DNA from: a virus
Lineage: Duplodnaviria; Heunggongvirae; Uroviricota; Caudoviricetes
Virus record (IMG/VR): IMGVR_UViG_2706796243_000001
DNA: 64,000 nucleotides
Direction: 5' to 3' (one strand)
This document shows, in pieces, positions 8,553-18,472 of this stretch; position 1 is the first letter of the stretch; each line of letters opens with the position of its first letter. The notes under the pieces were generated by a model. The model was not told the origin of the DNA. It did no database searches and saw nothing but the letters and a program-made list of their open reading frames with translations. The position numbers were made by a program, and so were the translations under genes.

Positions 8553-8942
8553 ATGCAAAATTTCATCACTATCAGCAATAATGACAAACTGCAATCTTTG
8601 ATCGGTATCTTAAACGATGTTTCGCCGTTTATCGTTAAAAATCTTTATGCACATTTGAAAAATGTTAAGCCCGCTATCTGGTCTGCATATTGCCACGACC
8701 AGGACGAAAGCGCGGCGGCGTACATGCTCGAAATGTTAAAGGATAGTATGCAATTTTGTTTATCTCAAAGCGTTATTAATGAAGTTGATAGCCGTTTATC
8801 TTTGGCTATGGAATATCAAGCGCAAGCGGTGTATAATCAGTTAGACATTGAAGAGCAGCAAGATCAAGACTTATTCTGGGATCGTGCTGATGCTCAAAGC
8901 GCCTTTGATGACCGTTTAGCAATGTATGCTAACGAATACTAA
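8553..8942 (+). CDS. hypothetical protein (129 aa)
   Basis: GGAAAGGTAAACAAAAATG. Confidence 0.5.
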   Translation: MQNFITISNNDKLQSLIGILNDVSPFIVKNLYAHLKNVKPAIWSAYCHDQDESAAAYMLEMLKDSMQFCLSQSVINEVDSRLSLAMEYQAQAVYNQLDIEEQQDQDLFWDRADAQSAFDDRLAMYANEY

Positions 8943-8951
8943 ACAAAACAA

Positions 8952-8970
8952 GGCCGGGGACATCCCCGGC
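8952..8970 (+). repeat. PeSL stem-loop GGCCGGGG-ACAT-CCCCGGC
   Basis: Perfect inverted repeat with no T-run. Confidence 0.65.
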
Positions 8971-8992
8971 ATAATCTGAAAGGTAAATTAAA

Positions 8993-9217
8993 ATGATTAA
9001 AAATGCAACTGGTCAAACTGAATTTTTACGCAACCTTATTGCAGGTGAAAAATCTGTGTGGTATTGTAAGGATCAAAACGTCGATCCGGAAATGCGGAAA
9101 ATGACCGCCACCGTTTGCAAAGCGAAATTAGGCTTTAAGATCCGCCAATCAAAAGCCCTGATAGTTACCCCGGATTCTATCCCGCAAGCGATCATTATTG
9201 TCGAGCGCATATCATGA
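8993..9217 (+). CDS. hypothetical protein (74 aa)
   Basis: GAAAGGTAAATTAAAATG. Confidence 0.45.
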   Translation: MIKNATGQTEFLRNLIAGEKSVWYCKDQNVDPEMRKMTATVCKAKLGFKIRQSKALIVTPDSIPQAIIIVERIS

Positions 9218-9441
9218 AAAAAGTTATTTTTGACAACAAGAAAAACACCGTTACCGCTCAAAAGGTCGGGGAGTATATCGAACTAACGGATCTGTATAGT
9301 GACGCGCCGATCCGCCTGTCTCCTGAAGAGTATAAAAATAGTGAGCTTGTCAAGCATGTTGTAGCTATGGAATTTGAATTTTTCGAATACCTGGCCGATT
9401 TTGACGATGATTTTAATAGTGATGGGCTTTACGGCGCATAA
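9214..9441 (+). CDS. hypothetical acidic protein (75 aa)
   Basis: ATGA start/stop overlap with the preceding ORF. Confidence 0.45.
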   Translation: MKKVIFDNKKNTVTAQKVGEYIELTDLYSDAPIRLSPEEYKNSELVKHVVAMEFEFFEYLADFDDDFNSDGLYGA

Positions 9442-9458
9442 CCACACAACCAGGACAA

Positions 9459-9941
9459 ATGATCATGAAATATGAAATAACCCCGGAAGATATGAAAGGG
9501 CGCGGCCTGGATAGCGCACGATACACCCTTACAAAGCGTGAAAATCTGCAACTGTTTTCTATCTGCTTTATTCATCCGGACGATCCTGATTTTCAATCCG
9601 ATCCTGTAGAGTTCTGGGCTAGTGGCTGGGACACCGCCTACAGTGAATTGATGGACAATGTAACCACGTTTGAATCTTTCGGCCTGTCAAGTTTTAGCGA
9701 GACGGATCGCCCCCTGGAATGTGAGCAGGTGAGAGCGTGGATCAATCACTACAACACCCTTGATCACCTGGTCTTTATCTTCGGGGAGACAAAAGAAGAG
9801 ATGATTAGAAAAGCGCTTGACTTTAACGATCATTGTGCTTATGTGCTTCGCAAAATGTGCGAAATGGTGGACGCATTGAGGAAGGCGGAAAGTTTCGACG
9901 GCGGATCGGTTTACAGTCAATCAATGCACCGTTACCGATAA
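9459..9941 (+). CDS. hypothetical protein (160 aa)
   Basis: ORF with normal amino-acid composition. Confidence 0.5.
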   Translation: MIMKYEITPEDMKGRGLDSARYTLTKRENLQLFSICFIHPDDPDFQSDPVEFWASGWDTAYSELMDNVTTFESFGLSSFSETDRPLECEQVRAWINHYNTLDHLVFIFGETKEEMIRKALDFNDHCAYVLRKMCEMVDALRKAESFDGGSVYSQSMHRYR

Positions 9942-9974
9942 GGCCAAAATCTTTACAAAACCAGGGCTTGCTTT

Positions 9975-10172
9975 ATGGCTGTTTTGTCAAGTGTTTTTTA
10001 TGGCTGGATTGCCTGCCTTGTACTCAGTGACGCAACGGCCCAGACAGTTAACACCATGATCGACGGCTTGCAATTGGCGTTTTATTGTGTGGTGAAATAT
10101 CACAGATTTAAACGGTTCGACCGTTATGATCTACCGTTCATCATTGCCGGATCACTGGCTATCATGTTGTAA
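9975..10172 (+). CDS. hypothetical membrane protein (65 aa)
   Basis: Two hydrophobic segments; followed by a terminator. Confidence 0.4.
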   Translation: MAVLSSVFYGWIACLVLSDATAQTVNTMIDGLQLAFYCVVKYHRFKRFDRYDLPFIIAGSLAIML

Positions 10173-10176
10173 GTAA

Positions 10177-10200
10177 GGCCGGGAATTGTCCCGGCTTTTG
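10177..10200 (+). terminator. rho-independent terminator (GGCCGGGAAT-TG-TCCCGGC + TTTTG)
   Basis: Hairpin of the PeSL family plus a T-run, closing the plus-strand early block. Confidence 0.65.
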
Positions 10201-12322
10201 CATATCACACAAACACCCCAAACACAACACCAAATCTTTACCCGCTTTTATGTTGGTTGCAATATCGCAACTGAGAATTATTCTCACCAACCCCGTTGGC
10301 AATTATGCAAAAAAGTGAATTTAAAGAGATCCCAGGAAAGGAATATAACGGCAAGGCTAACGAGAAAACACGCTCAAAACTCGTTATATTGCGTTTAAAA
10401 GGGTATTGCTTATCGCCTTTGACCCACTAACACCCCAAAATTGATAACGCATGTTATCAACTGAATAAAACACGCATTTTTAAGCGTTTCATGTGAATAC
10501 GTGATAATAACTCTCATTTGATAACTTTTCTCATCTAAGCCATTGTGTGAACTGTCTTTTTTGAGCATAAAAATAAAATCTTGTCAAATAAAATAATCGT
10601 TCGCGTGATCGTGGTGAGTGGCGCGAGCGTAGCGAGCGACACTATAACACGAGAGTAACTCAAATGATAATACTTATCATTTTCGTTCGCGTTATCGTGG
10701 CTCGTAGACGCTACGATATAATCACATACGTGATTAAGCAACGGCTAATCATTTACATTATTATTCATTTACAATGAATAGTTACACAATGAAATTATCA
10801 CACTCGCCACGATAACACCGATCAACTAACGTTGATCGCTCTCGTGTTATAGTGTCCAGATAAAGGGGATTCACAAAACCCCTTTGGTCAATCTGGACAT
10901 TGTTTTCCGTGGCGAAAACAACCCGTAAGGGCTTTGTGTTATAGTGTCGCGAGGTGATGAAAGTCAAGATCTTTTTATTAGCAATAAATCGCCGTTAATG
11001 GTTGACAAACCATGATTAATCGATCTGTAAATCAGGCCGCTGGCCTGCTGAAAGGCTTGTTTTTGAGCATAAAAGATGCCTCAAGTGTCAAGCTTTTTCT
11101 TGATAGGAAAAGTCTATTAATCCCTTGTGTAGCAATACAGAAAATAGTTACAATAAGTAACTATTTCAATGCTTTAGCATTGCCGGGTATCCGGTCCATC
11201 ACAGGGCTAAACGAGAATTGTTATCATGTGGCAAAATGCTCAAAAGCAGAGTATTGCTAAAAACAATTTTCCCTCCCTGTCAAGTGTTTTGTGCGAAATT
11301 TACAAAATATTTTTATTTGCGGAATGATTTTCATTTAGAAATTGAAATGAAAATCGAAATTATAATGATTATGAAAAGCATTATCATCTACAAAACACCC
11401 CACAAAATGAATAATAACAGGTGTAAACTGTCACAGTGGTAACATATAGCAGGCTAATCATCGTCATAGTAATGGTTCATTGATGCAATGGTAACATAGT
11501 GCAACTATCACCCATGCAACAGTCCGATCTGTGGTGCGTATAACGTGTATTATGTTAAATAGACCAACCCACACAAAAGTAAGCAAGTCAAGGGCAAATC
11601 GTGCTGTAAGCTGGCTAATCAATCAAATCATCATAGTTTCATTAGGCAATCATTAGTCACACAAGTAATCATCATGCAATCATCGTGCCAAAAACTCGCA
11701 AGGGTCTCGACATCGGACCACTCAGATATTTTGTAAAGATCCTTGACAACCTTCGGGGGCTGTGATTGTCCGTCTAGCACATCAGACATAGAGCCAACGG
11801 ATATTTTTCGTCCCCAAGAGATACAAGACAGGGCCTCTTTTATTTCCCTCCGGGCGGGGGAGGGGTGGGTTTTGATATGTTTACCCGTATACGGGTTAGC
11901 CTGTGGCTAATCGCCCTGCGATATGTTTACAGCATCGACACTTCAGGCTACATGTGTCGAAGAAATGCAATTCCTTAAACATGTTGTGTTGCAGAGCAAT
12001 GAACGAGTTCACCCGTGCAACGGGCATTGTGTGTTAATGAAATGTACAACCTTTCACGCAGGAGCGGTGGTACAGTTCAACAATCAGGACATCCAACGTC
12101 CGTAAAGATTGTTGAATGAGAATTATTCAATTCTCAGGTGCAAGGCACCCTTGGTGTTTGTTTCGTGCAGACCTTCAGCACCTGTGACTCTTTAGGTAAT
12201 AGTAGCAGGGCTGACAGTTTACGTCAAGAGGAAATTGATGTGCCTCTTTAGACAAAATTGATGGGACTCTTCAGGCAGGAATAGAGGAGCCACTTCAGGC
12301 TCCCCTTGTGTGGTGGGTCACT

Positions 12323-12703
12323 TCAGGTAAAGATCAATTTAAAGACGAGAATGAGAACAAGTGCTACAAGAGCGTATATTCCCCGCATTACTAATTGATG
12401 TGTGGGACTGGGATCTATGGGGATAATCATCATCTTTTGTACACTGTTGGTGATAACATTCCCTTGATCATCTAACCACTCTCTTACACTTTTCCTTCTC
12501 TCTTCTTCCAACCATTTTGTGTGGGCCTTATGCTCCTCTATAATTTTCTTTGCGTTTTCCAGGGAGTGGTATGGGTTTCCTGCAATCATATCGAAGTTGT
12601 CTCTTACGCTGGGCGTAAAGTGGCGCAGTGGTTCACCTTTGTAGAAAACTTCCCACGATTCTAGTCCATATTCCCTTTTGTGGAGGATCTTGTAATCACT
12701 CAT
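12323..12703 (-). CDS. hypothetical tail-anchored membrane protein (126 aa; start trimmed to ATG 12703)
   Basis: GAGGTG RBS before MSDYKIL...; C-terminal TM helix. The N-terminal extension in the track looks non-coding. Confidence 0.45.
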   Translation of the reverse strand: MSDYKILHKREYGLESWEVFYKGEPLRHFTPSVRDNFDMIAGNPYHSLENAKKIIEEHKAHTKWLEEERRKSVREWLDDQGNVITNSVQKMMIIPIDPSPTHQLVMRGIYALVALVLILVFKLIFT

Positions 12704-12893
12704 GCTGCACCTCAGAACGGGTTCAGAAGGACACATGCTGCGAAGTTGCAGAGCGCAAGGAGTTGAGAGGGAAGCATCCACCAGCGCTTCCCTTCTGGGA
12801 ACATCTGCACAAGACCTCTGCATCCGACAAGTTCGAAGACCACATTGACAGATACCAGAAGCCATAAGGCCCAGAGTATTGCGAACAGGGCTG

Positions 12894-13121
12894 TCATATT
12901 GTGTACTCCACGTTGATCTGGGACAGTTGTACCTCTTCCGATTGAGGAATGGCTACAAATTTAGATGTTCTCAGATTGAATGCAGTGACAAATCCACGGA
13001 AATCACCCATAGTTGATTCACCAACAATATGCGGCTGACCACAGTAAATGAATCCATCCCCTATGTCGAGAGAACGTGCAGCCACACAGGTTTTATTCTT
13101 TTCAGTGACGGTTACTTTCAT
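12894..13121 (-). CDS. hypothetical protein (75 aa)
   Basis: Tightly packed minus-strand ORF. Confidence 0.4.
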   Translation of the reverse strand: MKVTVTEKNKTCVAARSLDIGDGFIYCGQPHIVGESTMGDFRGFVTAFNLRTSKFVAIPQSEEVQLSQINVEYTI

Positions 13122-13348
13122 AAATTCTCCTTAAAAGTATGGTAAGGGTTAGGATTTTGCGGCACGGCCTGCGGCGCTGGAGAGCTATAGAGTTTAGTCA
13201 CCTCGTAGCCGTCTTTTGCGCAAAGGATCTTAAAGGCTGAATCTGCATCTTCACGTTCAACGAAGTCAATAACCTGACTTGTTAAAGCAATTGATCGGGT
13301 GGCAGAATAACCTTCACACTTCTTGATAACAACTAATAATTTAAACAT
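13118..13348 (-). CDS. hypothetical protein (76 aa)
   Basis: ATGA-type overlap with its neighbours. Confidence 0.4.
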   Translation of the reverse strand: MFKLLVVIKKCEGYSATRSIALTSQVIDFVEREDADSAFKILCAKDGYEVTKLYSSPAPQAVPQNPNPYHTFKENL

Positions 13349-13349
13349 T

Positions 13350-13673
13350 CTATCTCCTTAACCAGTTCTCAACTGGAATATTTTTAAAACTCAAGTGCCA
13401 GCGATGTGGCTTATGTCCACGCCTGTGGTCAAGGAGACAGGTGTCCTCCGGAACCTTCAGGTGCATACCGTCAATGTCATAATACACCCCATCGATAAGT
13501 GTGTAAACATGTCCTTCGATATCACTGTAATGGATCTCCGCCTGCGGGAAGATATGTTTTAGCACAAGGGCCACCTGATAACATTTCCCGTTTTTACCTA
13601 CCCATGAGGCATCAACTTGAGGCGGGAATATGTCTCTAATTTTTCTGATAAGGCTTGTTATGTTATTTTCCAT
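13350..13673 (-). CDS. hypothetical protein (107 aa)
   Basis: ORF within the minus-strand array. Confidence 0.45.
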   Translation of the reverse strand: MENNITSLIRKIRDIFPPQVDASWVGKNGKCYQVALVLKHIFPQAEIHYSDIEGHVYTLIDGVYYDIDGMHLKVPEDTCLLDHRRGHKPHRWHLSFKNIPVENWLRR

Positions 13674-13687
13674 ATCTCCCCGTCTTT

Positions 13688-13990
13688 TTATTTATTGAAA
13701 AATTTTCTGGCAGCTTTTTGTGCCTGACCTTGACGCTTGAATTCCTCCTCTCGGAAACGCCACTTTCCATTATCACTGTCGAACCAGACTTCTCTTTTAA
13801 TAAATTCAAGAATGCTGTCCCCACCCATCTCTTTCTCCTTTGATTGTTCGTAAGCCTCTTCAGATTCAAACCAGTTATCTATAGAATCTCCGTGAATTTC
13901 CATAAGCAACTTTGCGTAGGTTATGCTTTGCATCTTATCTCCAGAGCTTAAACTTGTAACGGATAACAGATCCAAGCAACATACCCGCAT
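13688..13990 (-). CDS. hypothetical protein (100 aa)
   Basis: ORF; charged. Confidence 0.4.
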   Translation of the reverse strand: MRVCCLDLLSVTSLSSGDKMQSITYAKLLMEIHGDSIDNWFESEEAYEQSKEKEMGGDSILEFIKREVWFDSDNGKWRFREEEFKRQGQAQKAARKFFNK

Positions 13991-14129
13991 AACTCAAGAT
14001 GGCGAGCAACATCACCATGAAAAGTGCGCCTGGTCCGTAGTTGGAAGCCAGAAAGATAATGAATGCCAGAATTGTGAAAATTAACGGTATCCCGATAATT
14101 GCGTTCTTCATGTTGTTTGTGATCTTCAT
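13935..14129 (-). CDS. hypothetical membrane protein (64 aa, two TM helices)
   Basis: Hydrophobic; overlaps the 3' end of the neighbouring ORF. Confidence 0.35.
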   Translation of the reverse strand: MKITNNMKNAIIGIPLIFTILAFIIFLASNYGPGALFMVMLLAILSYAGMLLGSVIRYKFKLWR

Positions 14130-14395
14130 ACAATCTCCTTCAGTGGTTGAAAACTGACTGGTAGTGTACCACCGTTAACCCATTTTAAGCAATCATTATA
14201 TCCAGGCAGTCTCTTTTCACCACCCATGCCTTTGTACACCCACGGGATGTATGAGCTTTTGAACTCACGTTTACCACTCTCAGACTGGTAATACAGCCAC
14301 ATACCCTTTTCATTTGTTCCTTCATCTATCCAGCGGATCACCCAATCTGAAGTGCCGATCATTTTCAGTTTTCTTCGTTTAAACCACCCAAACAT
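14126..14395 (-). CDS. hypothetical protein (89 aa)
   Basis: ORF. Confidence 0.4.
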   Translation of the reverse strand: MFGWFKRRKLKMIGTSDWVIRWIDEGTNEKGMWLYYQSESGKREFKSSYIPWVYKGMGGEKRLPGYNDCLKWVNGGTLPVSFQPLKEIV

Positions 14396-14571
14396 TCTGG
14401 TCTCCTTTCAACGTATCGCCATGTTTTCTTGTAGTGTGCAATAACTTCTGCTGTCTTGTCAAGAGGAACACCTGATTTTATAAGCCTCCACTCCCCATCC
14501 AACGAACAACCGTCGCTGCTCATCCTGCCATAAATACTGTACTTCATCTGACCCCCTTGCGTAATCTCCAT
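14365..14571 (-). CDS. hypothetical protein (68 aa)
   Basis: ORF. Confidence 0.35.
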   Translation of the reverse strand: MEITQGGQMKYSIYGRMSSDGCSLDGEWRLIKSGVPLDKTAEVIAHYKKTWRYVERRPECLGGLNEEN

Positions 14572-14667
14572 ATCTGTATTATGACATCAAGAAATAAAGT
14601 GTCAAGTGTTGACCGCAAATGAATTTGTTGGTATGCTCCCCACATAGATTTTAGAGGAGGGATTATT

Positions 14668-16071
14668 TTGAACTACAGTGATTTTGGCGTTACTTGTGCA
14701 GAAGAACTTGAGCAGGATGAGTGGAGTTTGTCGAGGCCGACCTTTGAGACACCAAAAGGCGGCGTGTTGACTGTTGTGGGGTATAATGGCAGGTATCGGA
14801 GAGAGAAAAAATACACTGTCCACTGTTCGGAATGTGAAAAGGATAAGGAATTATTTGGGGATGGGTTGTTTTCTACAATCAGATCAAATCTTTCCACATT
14901 GGGCCAAATCCCTTGTGGGTGCTCACATGCCTACAGGAGAAATAATTCTCAGTACAAGATCGTTATAGAAAGGAAACTGCCTGAAGGTATTACCTTCCAC
15001 CCGGCTAATCTTTTATCCCCAATAAGGTCTAAAACCAGAATAACACTTGTATGTGAGAAACACGGTGAGTTTAAGGATAGCCCTAGCAACATCTTGAATT
15101 TTGGTGGTCGTTGTGCCAAATGTGGATATGAGAGTGCTTCCAAAAAAAGGTCCCTTAATGAAGAAGACATATTTTGCAGATTGCCCGGCCACATGGAGTT
15201 CGTCGGGAGAAAGGATGGTAAATTTATCTTGAGGTGCAAAAGTCACGGTTTGGAGGTATCTGACAAGCATCTTTCTAGGATTTCTAAGGGTTGTAGATTG
15301 TGTGGTAATGAAAGAACCTCTTTAGCAAGAGCGGTTGATGAAGAGCAACTTATTGAAAGATGTTTATCAGCCTGTATCTCAAAAGGTGCAGGTTATGATA
15401 AGTTGGTCTACTCTCCACGAGGTGTTTTTTACTCTTCACTCTATATTACCTGCCAAAAGCATGGCACTTTATGCAAGTCAGGGTCTTCGTTGGTAAATTT
15501 CATACACAAGGGTGACAAGGGGTTTTGCTGGGAGTGCAGAAGAGAAGCAATCCGTGAGAAGAGATGGTTGAAAGATCTGAAAGCCAGGGTTGTAGATTTT
15601 TGTAACCGGGTGGGTGTATCCTTCTTGCGTTTTGAAAAAATAAATGGTGTTTCAAGCTGTTTGCGACTACTGTGCAGTGAGCACGGTGAGTACACTACAA
15701 GCTACGGAAGCCTTAGACAGCTCTCTGGATGTCCATCATGCGCAGGTCATTCTCAACGGCAGTGTTATTTGCATCAGGTTTTCGACCAAGCGACACCTCA
15801 AGGTATTAAATTCGGGATAGCAAAGGATTGGGTGGTGAGATTAAGGAATTTGAACAATAAGAATCTCTTTCAAATGGAAAACTTGGGTGTTTGGGAATTT
15901 GATACAGTGTATAGCTGTAAGGCCGCAGAGAGAGAATGTAAACAAACCCTTAAAACAGGTGTCCTTTCCGCCCGTGAGATGAAAGATGGTTGGACAGAGA
16001 CCGTCTCTGTGCTAGACTTAGAAAAAGTCATCGCCATTTATGAAAAACATGGCGGCAAACGCATAAAATAA
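14668..16071 (+). CDS. protein with five tandem C-x2-HG...C-x2-C zinc-ribbon repeats fused to a C-terminal T5orf172/MUG113 (GIY-YIG-related) domain
   Basis: Strong RBS GAGGAGGG. The C..HGxF...C..CG module repeats five times. The C-terminus reads IKFGIAKD..RLRNLN...DGWTETVSV, matching the T5orf172 pattern KIG.T.....Rl..l......dGwTE.F. It is a plus-strand gene inside a minus-strand block. Confidence 0.6.
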   Translation: MNYSDFGVTCAEELEQDEWSLSRPTFETPKGGVLTVVGYNGRYRREKKYTVHCSECEKDKELFGDGLFSTIRSNLSTLGQIPCGCSHAYRRNNSQYKIVIERKLPEGITFHPANLLSPIRSKTRITLVCEKHGEFKDSPSNILNFGGRCAKCGYESASKKRSLNEEDIFCRLPGHMEFVGRKDGKFILRCKSHGLEVSDKHLSRISKGCRLCGNERTSLARAVDEEQLIERCLSACISKGAGYDKLVYSPRGVFYSSLYITCQKHGTLCKSGSSLVNFIHKGDKGFCWECRREAIREKRWLKDLKARVVDFCNRVGVSFLRFEKINGVSSCLRLLCSEHGEYTTSYGSLRQLSGCPSCAGHSQRQCYLHQVFDQATPQGIKFGIAKDWVVRLRNLNNKNLFQMENLGVWEFDTVYSCKAAERECKQTLKTGVLSAREMKDGWTETVSVLDLEKVIAIYEKHGGKRIK

Positions 16072-16086
16072 CAAGAGGAGAATAGT

Positions 16087-16398
16087 ATGCTTTCATTAGA
16101 AGATAAAGGTGGGCGTCCAGACCGTAACGAACCAGATCAACGTGTTCGCCAGGATACCATTTGCCTGATATACGGATTTAGCCCAGAGAATCCTTTGACA
16201 GGGCAGTTGAACGGGAGGGAATGTTACGTTATCCAAAGGTCGCAACTTGGACCGGACAGGATTCCTTATGGCCCTGATGAGATGTGGTTCGAATGCCACG
16301 TAAGGGGTGTTCCGGTCACACCCGATCTCCCAATACATCACCTAATGCTTCTTGATGACTCGGACAGACTGGTGATTGAAAAATTATCCATTCAATAG
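16087..16398 (+). CDS. hypothetical protein (103 aa)
   Basis: GGAGAATAGTATG RBS; co-oriented with the 14668 gene. Confidence 0.4.
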   Translation: MLSLEDKGGRPDRNEPDQRVRQDTICLIYGFSPENPLTGQLNGRECYVIQRSQLGPDRIPYGPDEMWFECHVRGVPVTPDLPIHHLMLLDDSDRLVIEKLSIQ

Positions 16399-16405
16399 AT
16401 AAAAG

Positions 16406-16430
16406 AAAACCCGCTCAAGGCGGGTTTTCT
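16406..16430. terminator. bidirectional rho-independent terminator AAAACCCGC-TCAAG-GCGGGTTTT
   Basis: Perfect hairpin flanked by A and T runs between convergent genes. Confidence 0.7.
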
Positions 16431-16924
16431 TATGCACTAAGGACTATAACTTTCTCTTTGTTGGCAGAAACATACTGCTCAACAAGCTTACCAGACAGAA
16501 TCCTTTCAAGAAGCCTACCGGGGAACCTACCAAACTTCTTCATCAGTAAATCGAAGTCAACACCTTTAGTCATTCTCAGCATAGCTGCCTCCTCATCAGT
16601 TGGGGAGGCGGGATCAAGGAACATATCCCTGCTGTAAACTTCTTTATCACCTATATAAACATTGTCAGGGTATACCCAGATATGTTCATCCTTGTTTGTG
16701 ACCATTTTAAAGATTTGCTCATCCTTACCAGGACTTCTTGTTACTATCAGCTTTGGGTAGATAATACCATCAACTACTGAGGTGTGTTTTCCCTGCACAG
16801 TAAGGATTACCGACCATTCAGATCCTGAGTTAACCCCAGACACTGCACCTGCAATACCGGGCAATCCGCAAATCATTTGGTGATTTGTATCTCTGACAAA
16901 CGATCTTATTAACTCTTTTTGCAT
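16430..16924 (-). CDS. hypothetical protein (164 aa)
   Basis: ORF; no motif recognised. Confidence 0.5.
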   Translation of the reverse strand: MQKELIRSFVRDTNHQMICGLPGIAGAVSGVNSGSEWSVILTVQGKHTSVVDGIIYPKLIVTRSPGKDEQIFKMVTNKDEHIWVYPDNVYIGDKEVYSRDMFLDPASPTDEEAAMLRMTKGVDFDLLMKKFGRFPGRLLERILSGKLVEQYVSANKEKVIVLSA

Positions 16925-17304
16925 AGGGTCTCCAAATCCTTAATCCATTGGAACTTATCAGTGTAAATCATCTGGTTCTTTTTGCTACGGTTTAATTTTG
17001 CGGGGATGACCTGGATGTTATCACCACAGTTAAGGCCAGAAACAATCTTTGCACGGAGGGGCAGCATGTGGTCGGACTCCCAACGGATGCCCGTTTCACG
17101 CATCCTCTCGTTGCAAAGAGTGTTGGCCTCTTCCCTGACGAAGATGTCCCATTCACTGTTCATAGTTGCACGTTTTTCTGCCTCAATACGGTCAAGGCGG
17201 ATCTGAAGCTGCCGTGCCTTACCCTCTGGTGTGGAACGACGCAAGCGATCTATTTCCCGTCTACGGGCAGCGTACATTTTGTAGTAATCTCCTCTGTCTC
17301 TCAC
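16909..17304 (-). CDS. HNH endonuclease-domain protein
   Basis: WESDHMLPL...CGDNIQVIPAKLNRSK matches the HNH His-Me finger DH..P.......N....C..CNR.K. Confidence 0.55.
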   Translation of the reverse strand: MRDRGDYYKMYAARRREIDRLRRSTPEGKARQLQIRLDRIEAEKRATMNSEWDIFVREEANTLCNERMRETGIRWESDHMLPLRAKIVSGLNCGDNIQVIPAKLNRSKKNQMIYTDKFQWIKDLETLCKKS

Positions 17305-17313
17305 AAAATCTCC

Positions 17314-17871
17314 TCAAAATAATGGATAAAAGTATACAAGAATGCTGATAATTGTATAAATAATAAACACTGCGAAGAATATTTTGTTTGGAGGGTTTCT
17401 GAACCAGTCTTTTATACGGTAACCCCACCCAAGCGACTTCTTGTGCTCGTTTATTACTCTGTCGATAGTCCTGTAAAGGTCTCTTATGGCGCTCTCAAAC
17501 CCCTCATAATGGTCAAAAGCCTCTTCAAGGTCCCTTGTGTCAAGTTTACCCATGTCACCGACACGGAATGTGTATGTCATTGGGTTTTGCGAATCTACTC
17601 CACGAGTTACTTCCAGTCGCCCTACACGAATGGTATAAAGGATGCTGTTTTTAGCATCCCTGATAATAAGAACTCGTTCATCCGCAGCATATTTACGAAC
17701 AAGTGCGATACAACCTTTTGAGTTTTCTATAAAACCCTTTTCCAGCAGGGTGTGCCAGTGCTCTTGTAGGGTAGGGTGTTCTCGAACCAATTTCTGAAAC
17801 ATACTACCTCCTATCATATTATTAACCACCATTTTATCACGGATAGCCTCAATTATACATAGGTGCAGCAT
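17314..17871 (-). CDS. hypothetical protein (185 aa), N-terminal TM helix
   Basis: ORF. Confidence 0.5.
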   Translation of the reverse strand: MLHLCIIEAIRDKMVVNNMIGGSMFQKLVREHPTLQEHWHTLLEKGFIENSKGCIALVRKYAADERVLIIRDAKNSILYTIRVGRLEVTRGVDSQNPMTYTFRVGDMGKLDTRDLEEAFDHYEGFESAIRDLYRTIDRVINEHKKSLGWGYRIKDWFRNPPNKIFFAVFIIYTIISILVYFYPLF

Positions 17872-17883
17872 GTTTCAGATTAA

Positions 17884-18114
17884 TCAACACTTTACAGAGC
17901 ACTTATCGCATGGACAAGACAACCCGTGGAAACATAAACCACCATCTTTTCGAATACCAGTGCCACCGCACTGTGGACATGCGTCATGAAGGCATTTTGA
18001 ATTTACACCAACAAGTTCACCAACCTTTTTAAGGTCATCACCAACGGAGGTAGGTATGGAGAACCTCTTCTTCAGGATCTCAGCCTGCTCTGGAGTTAAA
18101 AGTCCGTAGCTCAT
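17884..18114 (-). CDS. small Cys-rich (zinc-ribbon) protein (76 aa)
   Basis: CPQCGGTG...C.C..C. Confidence 0.4.
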   Translation of the reverse strand: MSYGLLTPEQAEILKKRFSIPTSVGDDLKKVGELVGVNSKCLHDACPQCGGTGIRKDGGLCFHGLSCPCDKCSVKC

Positions 18115-18472
18115 TCCAACTCCTTCAATTCAAGCCAGCAAGAGAAGTCACTCACCCACTCACCAATCCCGTCCATTTCTTCAGGGAACTCCTCTGGTGA
18201 TTTCTCATGGTCGTTTTTATAGTCCTGACGATATTGCTCAAGCAATTCCTTCTGCTTCTCAATGAATTCTTCAATTTTCATTTCGTCTCCTCATTACATA
18301 ATGAAACAGGGCAGCAAGGGGCCATGCAAAACCGACTGCGAAGCATATCTCCGACCAATCATGATCTGTTCTGGCCTTGTATACCTGGCGGAGAACTTTA
18401 TCGTTCTCCATCTTTACAGAATACACCACTGCAACAATTGCGTACAGAACACCTAACAATCCTACAATGGCT

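Noticed and set aside
12628-12867. Plus-strand 79-aa ORF and the extended N-terminus of the 180-aa minus-strand ORF
   Set aside because: The N-terminal 54 codons of the minus-strand ORF are Cys/Arg-rich and overlap an upstream small ORF. The internal ATG at 12703, which has a GAGGTG RBS, was used instead. The plus-strand ORF is antisense.
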